NCBI GenBank assembly: GCA_964651965.1
Contig: CAZYZS010000002.1
Span: forward strand, 17,164 to 81,163
Origin: Candidatus Woesearchaeota archaeon
GTDB taxonomy: Archaea > Nanobdellota > Nanobdellia > Pacearchaeales > GW2011-AR1
Length of the DNA: 64,000 nt
Reading direction: 5' to 3'
Part shown: positions 8,389 through 17,428 of the stretch, in pieces
How positions within the stretch are numbered: the stretch's first letter is position 1
Layout of the letters: every line of letters begins with the position of its first letter
Program-made: the position numbers and the translations under genes
The notes under the pieces: generated by a model
What the model was told of the DNA's origin: nothing
Seen by the model: the letters and a program-made list of their open reading frames with translations, nothing else
Databases searched by the model: none

Positions 8389-9330
8389 ATGAAAAAAGTA
8401 ATCCCAAAAGAGGTTAGAGAAAAGCTTTCTAAAATAATGAAGGAGAGGTGGAGTAATCCTCTTCTAAAACAAAGGATGTCTGAGTTGCATAAGGGAAAGA
8501 AACTTTCTGAAGAGCATAAACAAAAAATTCGTGAGTCTTGTTTAAGATGGAATAAAGAGGTGGGAATGCCCTCTGAAATAAGAAAAAGAATCGCCGAAAA
8601 ACAAAGAGGAAGAAGAGTTTCAGAAGAAACTAGGAGAAAAATTTCAAAAGCAAACAAAGGGCATAAAGCTTGGAACACAGGGCTTACAAAAGCGGACCCC
8701 CGAGTAAGAAAATACACCGAAAAGAAAGCAGAAACACAAAGAAGATTGTACAAAGAGGGCAAATTAGAGCCGGGGATGTTAGGAAAGTATCATACAGAAG
8801 AGACTAAGAGGAAACTTGCTACAAGATTAAAAGGCAAAACTTATGAAGAGATATTTGGGAAAGAAAAAGCTCTGAAATGCAAGAAAAAACTTTCAGAGCT
8901 AATGAAAAACAAGGTTCAAGGAGAAAAGAATCCTATGTATGGGAGATTTGGAGAAGAAAACCCCCATTTTGGAAAACTAGCAAGGCATGGGAAACACTCT
9001 TTCAGAAAAGACCTCGGGCACCATTGTCGTTCAAAATGGGAAGCCAACTATTGCAGGTTTCTTTTGTGGCTCAATAGGAAATATCAATATGAGCCAAAAA
9101 CATTCATTATAACTTTGCCCTCAGGGATCAAAGCCACTTATACTCCCGATTTTTTAGTTGATGGGAAAGAGTGGCACGAACTTAAGGGATGGGAAAACCG
9201 CTCAGAACTAAAAAAATGGAAATTTTTTCAAGAGCAATATCCTAATGAAAAATTTGTTTTTATAAACAAAGATAAATATAAAAACCTCAAAAATTTGTAC
9301 CAATATATCATCCCGAACTGGGAATTTTAA
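8389..9330 (+). CDS. Homing-endonuclease-like protein: NUMOD3 DNA-binding repeats plus a C-terminal PD-(D/E)XK nuclease-like domain
   Basis: Repeated (S/T)EE(H/T)(K/R)xKI motifs: LSEEHKQKIRES, VSEETRRKISKANKGHKAWNTG, HTEETKRKLATRLKGK. The C-terminus reads YTPDFLVDGKEWHELKGW, a PD...ELK pattern. Confidence 0.55.
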   Translation: MKKVIPKEVREKLSKIMKERWSNPLLKQRMSELHKGKKLSEEHKQKIRESCLRWNKEVGMPSEIRKRIAEKQRGRRVSEETRRKISKANKGHKAWNTGLTKADPRVRKYTEKKAETQRRLYKEGKLEPGMLGKYHTEETKRKLATRLKGKTYEEIFGKEKALKCKKKLSELMKNKVQGEKNPMYGRFGEENPHFGKLARHGKHSFRKDLGHHCRSKWEANYCRFLLWLNRKYQYEPKTFIITLPSGIKATYTPDFLVDGKEWHELKGWENRSELKKWKFFQEQYPNEKFVFINKDKYKNLKNLYQYIIPNWEF

Positions 9331-9332
9331 AA

Positions 9333-9602
9333 ATGGTGCGAATCTCTGAAGAAAAAAAGAATAGAATTAAATCTAACATTCTAGCACATCTCTACGGATG
9401 CTTTCCAAAAGCTCTATTTACTAGCGAAATCAGTAAATTAGAAGCCAGAGACGAAGAATTTACAAAAAACCTTCTCAAGGAATTATGGAAGAATAATCTG
9501 GTTGTAGCAATTAAGAAGAATTCTAATGGTGTCACTTTCAGCAGAAGGATTAAGTGGAGAATTGGCAATAAGGCCTATGAAGCCTACAAATCTCACCAGT
9601 AA
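9333..9602 (+). CDS. hypothetical protein
   Basis: 89-aa ORF tightly spaced after the nuclease gene. Confidence 0.35.
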   Translation: MVRISEEKKNRIKSNILAHLYGCFPKALFTSEISKLEARDEEFTKNLLKELWKNNLVVAIKKNSNGVTFSRRIKWRIGNKAYEAYKSHQ

Positions 9603-9655
9603 TATATGCTTTCTAATAAGTTAATATTTAAATAAACAGTGCCCCTTTGTAGGTT

Positions 9656-10549
9656 ATGGACGAAGTAAAGATAAAAGAAGCGTTTTTTAAGGTAAAAGAA
9701 GAGATCTTTAATCTAGGAAGCGAGTTATCTGAGATAAAAAAAGAGATGCAAGAAACAGCAAGATTGATAAGGCGGATGGATGAAGAGCTCACTCGGATAA
9801 AGATAGACCTTATGCTTAGGGAAGCTGAAAAATCCCCTAGTCAACTAACAGACAAACCAACAGTCAAACAGACAAGCACTCCAACACGCAGTCCAACAGA
9901 TAGCTTTCAAAATACGTCAAATTCTGTGACTCCAACATATAATCCGACACATGGACAGGAAATAGGGGGGTGGAATACCCAAAATTGGCAGACTTCCACA
10001 GGAAATGAAGGGGTTCCAACAGACAGACAGACAAACCAACAGACAGTCCAACAGACACATCTTTTACCTGAAATACCCCATTTAGCCACTACAAAATCAT
10101 CCACTTTAGATTCTTCCGCCTTAAATGTAGTTACTAATAAAAGTAGAGAAAATGCCCAGGAAAATACCCTTGTTTTTCCTCAAAAAATCTTCCAAGATTC
10201 CAAACCAATAAAGCAACAGATTTCAGAAGCCTCTGAAATCCTCGCATCCCTCGATAATATTAAGAGAGAAATAAGGAGGAAGTTTAAGTCCATAACTAAG
10301 CAGGAAATGCTCGTTTTTTCGACAATTTACACCCTAGAAGAGCAGAGCCCAGATGCAGACTATCAAAAAATAGCCTCTAAGCTTAGTTTAAGTGAATCTT
10401 CCATAAGAGACTATGTTCAAAGAATAGTAAAAAAAGGCATACCCATAGAGAAAGAAAAGCTAAATAATAAGAAAATTATCCTTCATATTTCTCCCGAACT
10501 CAAGAAAATTGCCACTTTAGACACTATAATTAGGCTTAGAAGCCTTTAA
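9656..10549 (+). CDS. coiled-coil protein with a Thr/Gln-rich low-complexity linker and a C-terminal winged-HTH-like domain
   Basis: N-terminal heptad-like region, a TSTPTRSPTDS...QQTVQQT low-complexity tract, and a C-terminal ...SESSIRDYVQRIVKKGIPIEK HTH-like segment. Confidence 0.45.
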   Translation: MDEVKIKEAFFKVKEEIFNLGSELSEIKKEMQETARLIRRMDEELTRIKIDLMLREAEKSPSQLTDKPTVKQTSTPTRSPTDSFQNTSNSVTPTYNPTHGQEIGGWNTQNWQTSTGNEGVPTDRQTNQQTVQQTHLLPEIPHLATTKSSTLDSSALNVVTNKSRENAQENTLVFPQKIFQDSKPIKQQISEASEILASLDNIKREIRRKFKSITKQEMLVFSTIYTLEEQSPDADYQKIASKLSLSESSIRDYVQRIVKKGIPIEKEKLNNKKIILHISPELKKIATLDTIIRLRSL

Positions 10550-11147
10550 ATTCTTCGCCAGCAGATAAATTTAACAAAGACCAATATTTTCGGTGTAACG
10601 AAATTAAAATGCGCTGCTAACTAAGATAAACCCCCTGCCTTCTCTGTTTTTTAGGGGTTTTAAGCCTTGTTGAGTTATTTTCTTTGCTTAAACAAGGCTC
10701 TCCTTATTTGAATATGCTATTTTTTGAATTCTCACTTTGTTATTATCAATAATTATTTCCTTTCCTTTTTTCCTCACTTTCGTCCCTTTGTTCTCCTTTT
10801 CCTGATTTTACTGGTTTTAAGCCGCAATTTCTCTTTATTTCAGCTTAAATTCTAAAGTTCCTCGGGCCAGTAAAACCCTCACTTTGGTCTATTTTTGCCC
10901 TTTTTCTTGGTTTTTATACTCCCTTTTCCCCTGTCCGTCCTTCTTTCTAAGTCCTTATTTCTCTCTTTTTCTGCAATACTTCTGTTTTCCCCAAAAGAGA
11001 CTTGTTTTTCCCTGTTTTTTAACTCTCACTTTTACCTTTTTTTCATAAAAAAGGTTCGTATAAGCTATAAAATAGTTCGGTTAAGGTTAATTCCCTATTC
11101 AAAACCTCCCTTTTCCCATTTTTAGCTTATTTTAACCCTATTTTAGC

Positions 11148-11858
11148 TTAGTTTAAGCTTTCTTCAGCCATTTCTGCTCTTTTTTCACTAAAACCCACAT
11201 CATTTCCCTTTCCATTCCTTTTTATCCTCACTTTGGCCTTTTTTAGCATCATTCCCTTTATCTGATCCGGTATGAAGAATCTTTTTTTGTTGTTTTTCCC
11301 CATTATCTCTTCTACCAAACCATCACTTTTCTGTTTTATGCTGTTTACTTGCCCCCTTATTGTTGCCCTTTCTTTTCCTAACATTGCGGCTAGGTCATCA
11401 TAGCTCAATTTCATTTCCGAATTTAACATGACCCACACTATTGCCCTTTCAGTCACAGACAAATTATCTAAAAAATTGTCCAAAAACGATGTTTGAACAG
11501 CTGTTTGAACAGGTGTTTGAACAGCTTCAACAGCTGTTTGTTTGTTAAACACTGTTTGTTGCTGTTTAAACAGCTTTTTGTTGCCGAGTATATCTATCAT
11601 ATTTTTTAGGTTTTCTATCTCAGATCTTATCGAGGACAATTCATCGTATATCTCAGAAATCTCTTCTTTTTGCTGGTCTCCCTTCTGGTTTAGGTGTTTA
11701 ATCCAGGTAGAGGTGTTTGAAAAATCCTGTTTAACATTGTTGAAGCCTGTTTGAACAGCATACCTTAATCTTTCAACATCATCAACATCTGCCTTTTTCT
11801 TAAACCAACCAAACATGAAATACCTAGAAAGACCCCCTTTAAATACCTTTCTGTCCAT
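11148..11858 (-). CDS. coiled-coil plus winged-HTH DNA-binding protein, a paralog-like partner of 9656..10549
   Basis: QTAVQT repeats and a C-terminal LSVTERAIVWVMLNSEMKLSYDDLAAMLGKERATIRGQV wHTH. Confidence 0.45.
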   Translation of the reverse strand: MDRKVFKGGLSRYFMFGWFKKKADVDDVERLRYAVQTGFNNVKQDFSNTSTWIKHLNQKGDQQKEEISEIYDELSSIRSEIENLKNMIDILGNKKLFKQQQTVFNKQTAVEAVQTPVQTAVQTSFLDNFLDNLSVTERAIVWVMLNSEMKLSYDDLAAMLGKERATIRGQVNSIKQKSDGLVEEIMGKNNKKRFFIPDQIKGMMLKKAKVRIKRNGKGNDVGFSEKRAEMAEESLN

Positions 11859-12782
11859 ACCTCTTAATTTTCTTGTTTTTATTTTTTATTTTTTGATTTT
11901 TTTTGTAAACAAACACTCTTAAACAGCTATAAACAGCTGTTTAAAGCATAAACAGCCCATATTTTTTCCGACGATAAAACAAAAAACAGCTGTTTAAACG
12001 GGGTTTTCCGCAAAATCCAACACATAATCCAACAGATCTCGACAAAATTTTAAGGGGTTAGCAGGATAGGGGCAAATTTTTTTACACTTTTTATAAAATC
12101 TCTTCAATTTTTTATATTTTTCGCATAAATTTTTTTCATCTTTTTTAAGTCTTTTAATATTTTTAACAAACAACTTGCAACTGCTTTTTTTATTGAATCA
12201 TTTGCAATTTTTTCTTTCATTTTTTGAATATCTGTTTTTTAATTTGCAAATTTTTTGCATTGCTCAATAATTTTTTGTTTTTTTTATGTCAAAAATTGCA
12301 AAAAAGCTTATCTTTTTTTCAATTTTCTGCGATTAAAAGTTTTTATCATTGCTTAAATGTTTAAATTGGAGAATAACCTGCATAAATTTGTTAAATTTTT
12401 AAAAAATAATAAAAAAATCGGATTAATTTTGTTAAAAGTCTGTTCAATTTTTATAAAAATTTTTAGTGAGTGCCCAAAAAGAACAAAAATTCTATCCAGC
12501 ACCCAAATTAATCAGTCTTGCTAGTAGAACCGGTCCGAAGTTTCTATTTTTATCCTTTTTGCCTTCTTTTTAGGCAAGCTTTGTTGTTTTAATCTTTAAT
12601 CAAGTCACTTTCTTGATAGTTTCTTTTTAGTCTAGCCCTAACCCGAGCTTATTTACCCTAAATAAAACCTCTTATCAAAGCTTAAAACTTCCTGCATGCC
12701 TAAAAATTTCAAAAACCCATAAATAGCTAAAATATATATTCAAAAACAGCAAACCTTAAATATTTGTGAGATATTTTTTCCT

Positions 12783-13052
12783 ATGGAGCAAAATCGCCAA
12801 AATAGTGTAAGTTTAGTTCATGAACTTAGAGAAAAGCTGTATGTTCTTCAAGTAGTAGAATATTATCCGGGCGAAAAGGATCCAAGGACCATGAACACTT
12901 TTTTTAAGTATGACTCTTCAAACCAGGAGTTTAATCCAGACCAGGTGCTTAATAAGGCCTATCAACATGGGCTTGCAAGAGCAAAAGCTTTAGGGGTAGA
13001 ATTGGTATTGGAGGACGAATTAGCCCAAAGAGCAAAAAAAAGAGAGAGTTAA
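12783..13052 (+). CDS. hypothetical small protein (cassette gene A)
   Basis: 89-aa ORF preceded by a conserved upstream module. Confidence 0.4.
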   Translation: MEQNRQNSVSLVHELREKLYVLQVVEYYPGEKDPRTMNTFFKYDSSNQEFNPDQVLNKAYQHGLARAKALGVELVLEDELAQRAKKRES

Positions 13053-13195
13053 ATATTTCAATCAATGCTTAAAACTTCTTGCAAGCCTAAATTTCCTAAA
13101 AACCATTGCTTTTTTGCAGTTTTCAACAGCTGTTTATTAAAAAACATTGTTTAAACAACATAAATGTTTAAAAACAAGAAGATTTTTAATGGGCT

Positions 13196-13585
13196 ATGAG
13201 AAAAGAGAAATACTTGGATGGGGAGGGTCATCCTCTTAAAGAAGGATGGTACATAGGCGTTTTTCCTGGAAGTTCAACAAGTGCTGCTGCAAATGCGGTG
13301 AGAAATCTGCATTTTATTAGGCGAGAAGGTGGCGGCTTTTTAGCCTATTACGAGAAGGTTCCAACTCGCTTAAATCCTGATTTCGCAAAGAACTTTTACC
13401 CATTAGATGTTAAGACCTACCTTGGGATGTTAAGAGATAGAATGGGTCGTGTTTTAGGGGTTGTTGAGAAAATGGTAGGAGAAGGAGTCTTGTCTGAAGA
13501 TTTGAAAGAGAGCCTTCGTCAAACCCTCGGCGCTTCTCCTTATATTTCAGGAAGAGGTTCTTGGAAGCGCCGCCCTTCCCGATAA
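13196..13585 (+). CDS. hypothetical small protein (cassette gene B)
   Basis: 129-aa ORF preceded by a conserved upstream module. Confidence 0.4.
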   Translation: MRKEKYLDGEGHPLKEGWYIGVFPGSSTSAAANAVRNLHFIRREGGGFLAYYEKVPTRLNPDFAKNFYPLDVKTYLGMLRDRMGRVLGVVEKMVGEGVLSEDLKESLRQTLGASPYISGRGSWKRRPSR

Positions 13586-13761
13586 ATCCTTGTTAATTCT
13601 TTTAATCATTGCTTAAAACTTTTAGCATAGTCAAAATTCATAAAAACCACTGCTTTTTTCGCATTTTTTTATGGTGTTTTTGTTGTTTTTCCAGTTGTTT
13701 ATACAAAAACATTGTTTAAACAACATAAATGCTTAAATAATTTGAATTTTTTAAACGAGTT

Positions 13762-14151
13762 ATGAGTAAAGCGAATTATGAAGTTTTTTTAATTCATCCA
13801 GGAGCGGAGTTCCACCTGAATGGTTACGAGAGGGATTCAAATCACCATTCAAATTGGGGTACAGTAATTAGAAAAAATAAGGGGGTATTTGATTCTATCT
13901 ATTCATTTGTATCTATTCCCTTTCATGAGCCCGAAGAATCGGGGAAACCCCCCAAGCATTATATCGTGATGCAGTATTCTCAATCGAATGGGAAAGCAGA
14001 AAAATCAAAATTAGTTTCTATAATCGATAATCCTGCTGAAGATACTGGAGAAGCTTTGGCAAGAGAGCGAGCAGAAAAACTCGCTAGAATGTATGCTCAA
14101 AAGAGAGCGGCTAAATACGGTGTAGAAACACAAGAGATTCTACCTATTTAA
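13762..14151 (+). CDS. hypothetical small protein (cassette gene C)
   Basis: 129-aa ORF preceded by a conserved upstream module. Confidence 0.4.
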   Translation: MSKANYEVFLIHPGAEFHLNGYERDSNHHSNWGTVIRKNKGVFDSIYSFVSIPFHEPEESGKPPKHYIVMQYSQSNGKAEKSKLVSIIDNPAEDTGEALARERAEKLARMYAQKRAAKYGVETQEILPI

Positions 14152-14320
14152 GCCTGTCAAATCTTCTTATCAAAGCTTAAAACTTCCTGCAAGCATGTTT
14201 TTTAGCATAAAATAGTGACTAAAACACCGTAAGATTTATATACTTAGGGCACCCTAAGTAATCGTGAACCGGCTTTTAAATACCCTAAGTTCACACCTAA
14301 ATCCACAAAAGAGGTAAAAA

Positions 14321-15091
14321 ATGACTGAAAATTTCGCAAAACCCTTAGCTGCAATCTATGTTCGAGTTTCCACCCAAGATCAAGCACAGCATGGATTTTC
14401 TCTTGATGCACAACAAGATTCTTTGATTAACTATTCAAAAGCATTAGGTTATGAGGTTTATAAAATTTATAGAGATGAGGGAAAATCTGCCAAGGACCTG
14501 AAACGGCCTGAAATGAGCCATTTACTTAGGGATGCAGAAGAAAGGAAGTTTCAGGCAATCTTTATTTATAAATTAGACCGGTTTTCAAGAAGCTTAAAAG
14601 ATTTAATCTTAACAATCGACAAACTAAAGGAATGGGGTATAGACTTTATTTCCTTGCAAGATAAAATAGAAACCGCTTCTGCTTCTGGAAAGCTTATGTT
14701 CCATATTATCTCGGCTTTTGCGGAATTTGAAAGAAATATAATAGGGGATAGGACTAAATTCGGTATGGAGAGAAAAGCCAAGGAAGGGGGTTTTATAACA
14801 AAGGCCCCCTGTGGATATAAGCTTGTTAATAAAGAACTAATAATAGACCGTGAAACAGCAGAGCAGGTTAAACAGATATACCAAGAATTTGCTGAAAAGG
14901 AGATTTCTTTAACAAGCCTAGCCAAAGCCCATGGATTTACTACCTCCGGAATTAAGAAGCTTCTTAAAAATACTACTTACCTTGGCAAGGTTAAATTTGC
15001 AGAGCAAGAGAGTGCAGGGAAACATGAGGCCTTACTCAGCGAAGATCTATTCCAGAAGGTTCAAGAGAAACTCGGCTCTTTAAAAAAATGA
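14321..15091 (+). mobile_element. small serine recombinase (resolvase/invertase family) with a C-terminal HTH
   Basis: N-terminal AAIYVRVSTQDQ with the catalytic Ser, then DRFSRS and a resolvase-like core of 256 aa. Confidence 0.8.
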
Positions 15092-15648
15092 AAATTCTTC
15101 CAAAAACAGAAAGAGAAGCACTAGATATAGTATATAGCGTACTAAATCAGGGTGATTCAAGGTATAATGATCCTCAAAGTGAAATAATTTTATCGAAGTT
15201 TTTGTTAAATGGGGCAATTTCTTTGGAAGAAAGGCACTTTCCAGAGATTAATAGCCCAGAAAAAAGTGAACTTGAAAGCATCAAAGGAGTACAAAGAGCA
15301 GATAAATATCTAGCAAAAATACTCTTGGAAAAAGAAGGGTTTAAAGATTCAGAAATCTTTTTTGAGAGAGCTTTTTTAGGCTCTCGCCCAGATGTTCTTG
15401 CAGAGTCTGAAAGTAAGATTATTGCAGTGGAATGTTGTTCATGCAGAATAGACAAGATAGTAAATTATCTTCCAGAAGTAGAGGCAGTCTGGATATTAAC
15501 GCTAGGAGAGTCGCCATGGGGAAATATCCATTACCTAAAGGAGAAAATGCATTGGTACATTTTCAGAAAAGGAGTAAATTGGAACAGAGTTCTAGACTTT
15601 CAAAAAAAGAAAATTGAAGAATTAAAGAAAGTTCCAAGTTTGTTATAA
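15088..15648 (+). CDS. hypothetical protein, start overlapping the recombinase stop; possible PD-(D/E)XK-like core
   Basis: 186-aa ORF containing RPDVLAESESKIIAVEC. Confidence 0.35.
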   Translation: MKILPKTEREALDIVYSVLNQGDSRYNDPQSEIILSKFLLNGAISLEERHFPEINSPEKSELESIKGVQRADKYLAKILLEKEGFKDSEIFFERAFLGSRPDVLAESESKIIAVECCSCRIDKIVNYLPEVEAVWILTLGESPWGNIHYLKEKMHWYIFRKGVNWNRVLDFQKKKIEELKKVPSLL

Positions 15649-15688
15649 CATCGATTAAAACTTTTAATCGCAGAAAAATCCAAAAAAT

Positions 15689-15841
15689 TTACCAAAGAAT
15701 AAAAGCAACCAAGATAAAAACGATCAGTATTGTAATCAAAATCGCCAGGAGTTTTTTAGTGATTGTGTAAGTAAAAGTTCCAGCAGCTACAACAACTACG
15801 CAAGCAATTATCAACCAGACTTTTTGTGATAGTTCATCCAT
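15689..15841 (-). CDS. 50-aa single-TM protein not in the ORF track; paralog of 16368..16520
   Basis: MDELSQKVWLIIACVVVVAAGTFTYTITKKLLAILITILIVFILVAFILW, flanked by ATTAAAACTTTTAAT inverted repeats. Confidence 0.4.
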   Translation of the reverse strand: MDELSQKVWLIIACVVVVAAGTFTYTITKKLLAILITILIVFILVAFILW

Positions 15842-15866
15842 TTTGATTAAAACTTTTAATTAGTTA

Positions 15867-16328
15867 TTACTCACATCCCCTACATTCACATCTGCATTTA
15901 TCCTCAACACAATATGGCTTAAATCCTTCTAATAACCCTGGTTGTTCATAATCTGAACAATTAATTACCTCACAATCAGAATTAAGGTTACAGGAGTCAT
16001 ATTCTCCAAAATACTCGCACCTGTTGTTTTTGCATATAACTTCCTTATTGCAAATCATCGAGCACATTTTTCCTGTATAGCCCAAGCATAGTAACCCTGC
16101 TTTATTTTCATATATCTTTAAATATTTTTTGTTTACAGCATCTCCACAATGGCAAGAACAATGGGTAGCTACATGAACGCAGTCTTCATCTGTCTCGCAT
16201 ATTTTATGTTCGGGCTCTATTTTAATAGAGTCAGGGATTAAAGCAAAAAATAAGATTACAGCCACAATTAATATAACAACTATAATCAAAACAATTTTCC
16301 ACTTCTTTTTCATTTGAACAGTAAACAA
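15867..16328 (-). CDS. secreted or anchored cysteine-rich protein
   Basis: N-terminal TM/signal anchor followed by about 24 Cys in 120 residues. Confidence 0.5.
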   Translation of the reverse strand: MFTVQMKKKWKIVLIIVVILIVAVILFFALIPDSIKIEPEHKICETDEDCVHVATHCSCHCGDAVNKKYLKIYENKAGLLCLGYTGKMCSMICNKEVICKNNRCEYFGEYDSCNLNSDCEVINCSDYEQPGLLEGFKPYCVEDKCRCECRGCE

Positions 16329-16367
16329 AAAGACTTAATAAAACTTCCCATTAAAACTTTTAATCGC

Positions 16368-16520
16368 CTAAACAAAAAACAAAATTATTGCAATTATCAA
16401 GACTATTGCTGCTAAAATCCAAAATAACTTTTTAGCAATCTTAAGTCCTATTATGAACAACAAAACAGCTACTACCAAGGTTACAATCGGATATGTTCTG
16501 GCTAATGCATATAAATCCAT
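16368..16520 (-). CDS. 50-aa single-TM protein not in the ORF track
   Basis: MDLYALARTYPIVTLVVAVLLFIIGLKIAKKLFWILAAIVLIIAIILFFV, the same 153-nt length as 15689..15841. Confidence 0.35.
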   Translation of the reverse strand: MDLYALARTYPIVTLVVAVLLFIIGLKIAKKLFWILAAIVLIIAIILFFV

Positions 16521-16541
16521 AGAAAACAATAGTCAACGTTC

Positions 16542-16970
16542 TTAATAAATTCTTCTATCTTTCCCTCTTTCGTCCAATGCTTTATTCACTAGTTTATCAG
16601 CCTCTTGCATATGTTCGTTTTCTCTTGGAACATTCTGATAAGAAACTTCTTCAAACTCTTTTTCTGCTTTTTCAACCTGTTCAAACAGCTCCTTCAGCTC
16701 TTTTTTCTTTATTTTATACTCCCCATTCAGTTGCCTGACAACAAGCTCAGAATCCGAATAAATATGCACTTTTTTAGCATATTTTTTGCACAGTTCTAAG
16801 GCCCTAATTATTGCCCTGTATTCAGCTTCATTGTTGGTTTTTATGCCAACAAACTCTTTATATTCTTCAATCATCTGGTCATTTTCATCTAAAATTATTA
16901 TGCCAATAGCGGCTTTTCCAGGATTTCCTCTTGCCCCACCATCTGTATAAACAAACAATCTTTTTTCCAT
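16542..16970 (-). CDS. rnhA: ribonuclease HI (type 1 RNase H)
   Basis: YTDGGARGNPG, NNEAEY, YSDSELVV and the C-terminal H...D motif. Confidence 0.75.
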   Translation of the reverse strand: MEKRLFVYTDGGARGNPGKAAIGIIILDENDQMIEEYKEFVGIKTNNEAEYRAIIRALELCKKYAKKVHIYSDSELVVRQLNGEYKIKKKELKELFEQVEKAEKEFEEVSYQNVPRENEHMQEADKLVNKALDERGKDRRIY

Positions 16971-17046
16971 GTAAAAATTTACTCGCTGTCTGTTAATAAA
17001 CCTGTTGTTTAAATAAGATTTATAAAGATATACTCTCTTTCATAAC

Positions 17047-17313
17047 ATGCAAATCCTAGGTTTAATCGCTTCTATCTTAACAATATTGCTAGTGTTTATC
17101 GGATTAGTTTCGCAAGTAATAATAAATTTTAAAAGAAAATCTTGCAGAGGGTTATCTCTAATCTATTTTATTATAATCTTTTTTGCATATTCTGCTTGGT
17201 CCATGTATGGGGTTTCGATATCTGACTGGTATTTGATAATTCCTCAAATCGCAGGAGCAATAATTTCTTTAATCCTTCTTTTCCAATTTTATCTTTATAG
17301 AAAAAGTATCTAA
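17047..17313 (+). CDS. small membrane protein
   Basis: 88 aa, mostly hydrophobic helices. Confidence 0.4.
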   Translation: MQILGLIASILTILLVFIGLVSQVIINFKRKSCRGLSLIYFIIIFFAYSAWSMYGVSISDWYLIIPQIAGAIISLILLFQFYLYRKSI

Positions 17314-17428
17314 AGTTACCCCCTTTCCTTTTTGTTTAACTTTTTGGCTGTTTAAACAGCTGTTTAAACGCCACAAACACTTTCAAAAAACAAATATTTT
17401 TATACTTTCCACCTTTAGATTTCCTATC

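Noticed and set aside
8262-8762. 166-aa minus-strand ORF
   Set aside because: It lies antisense to and largely inside the NUMOD3 nuclease gene and the upstream spacer. The translation is low-complexity and hydrophobic, typical of a shadow ORF in AT-rich DNA.
10895-11125. 76-aa ORF in the pyrimidine-rich tract
   Set aside because: The translation is a poly-Phe/Leu/Ser artefact of the CT-rich sequence, with no start context.
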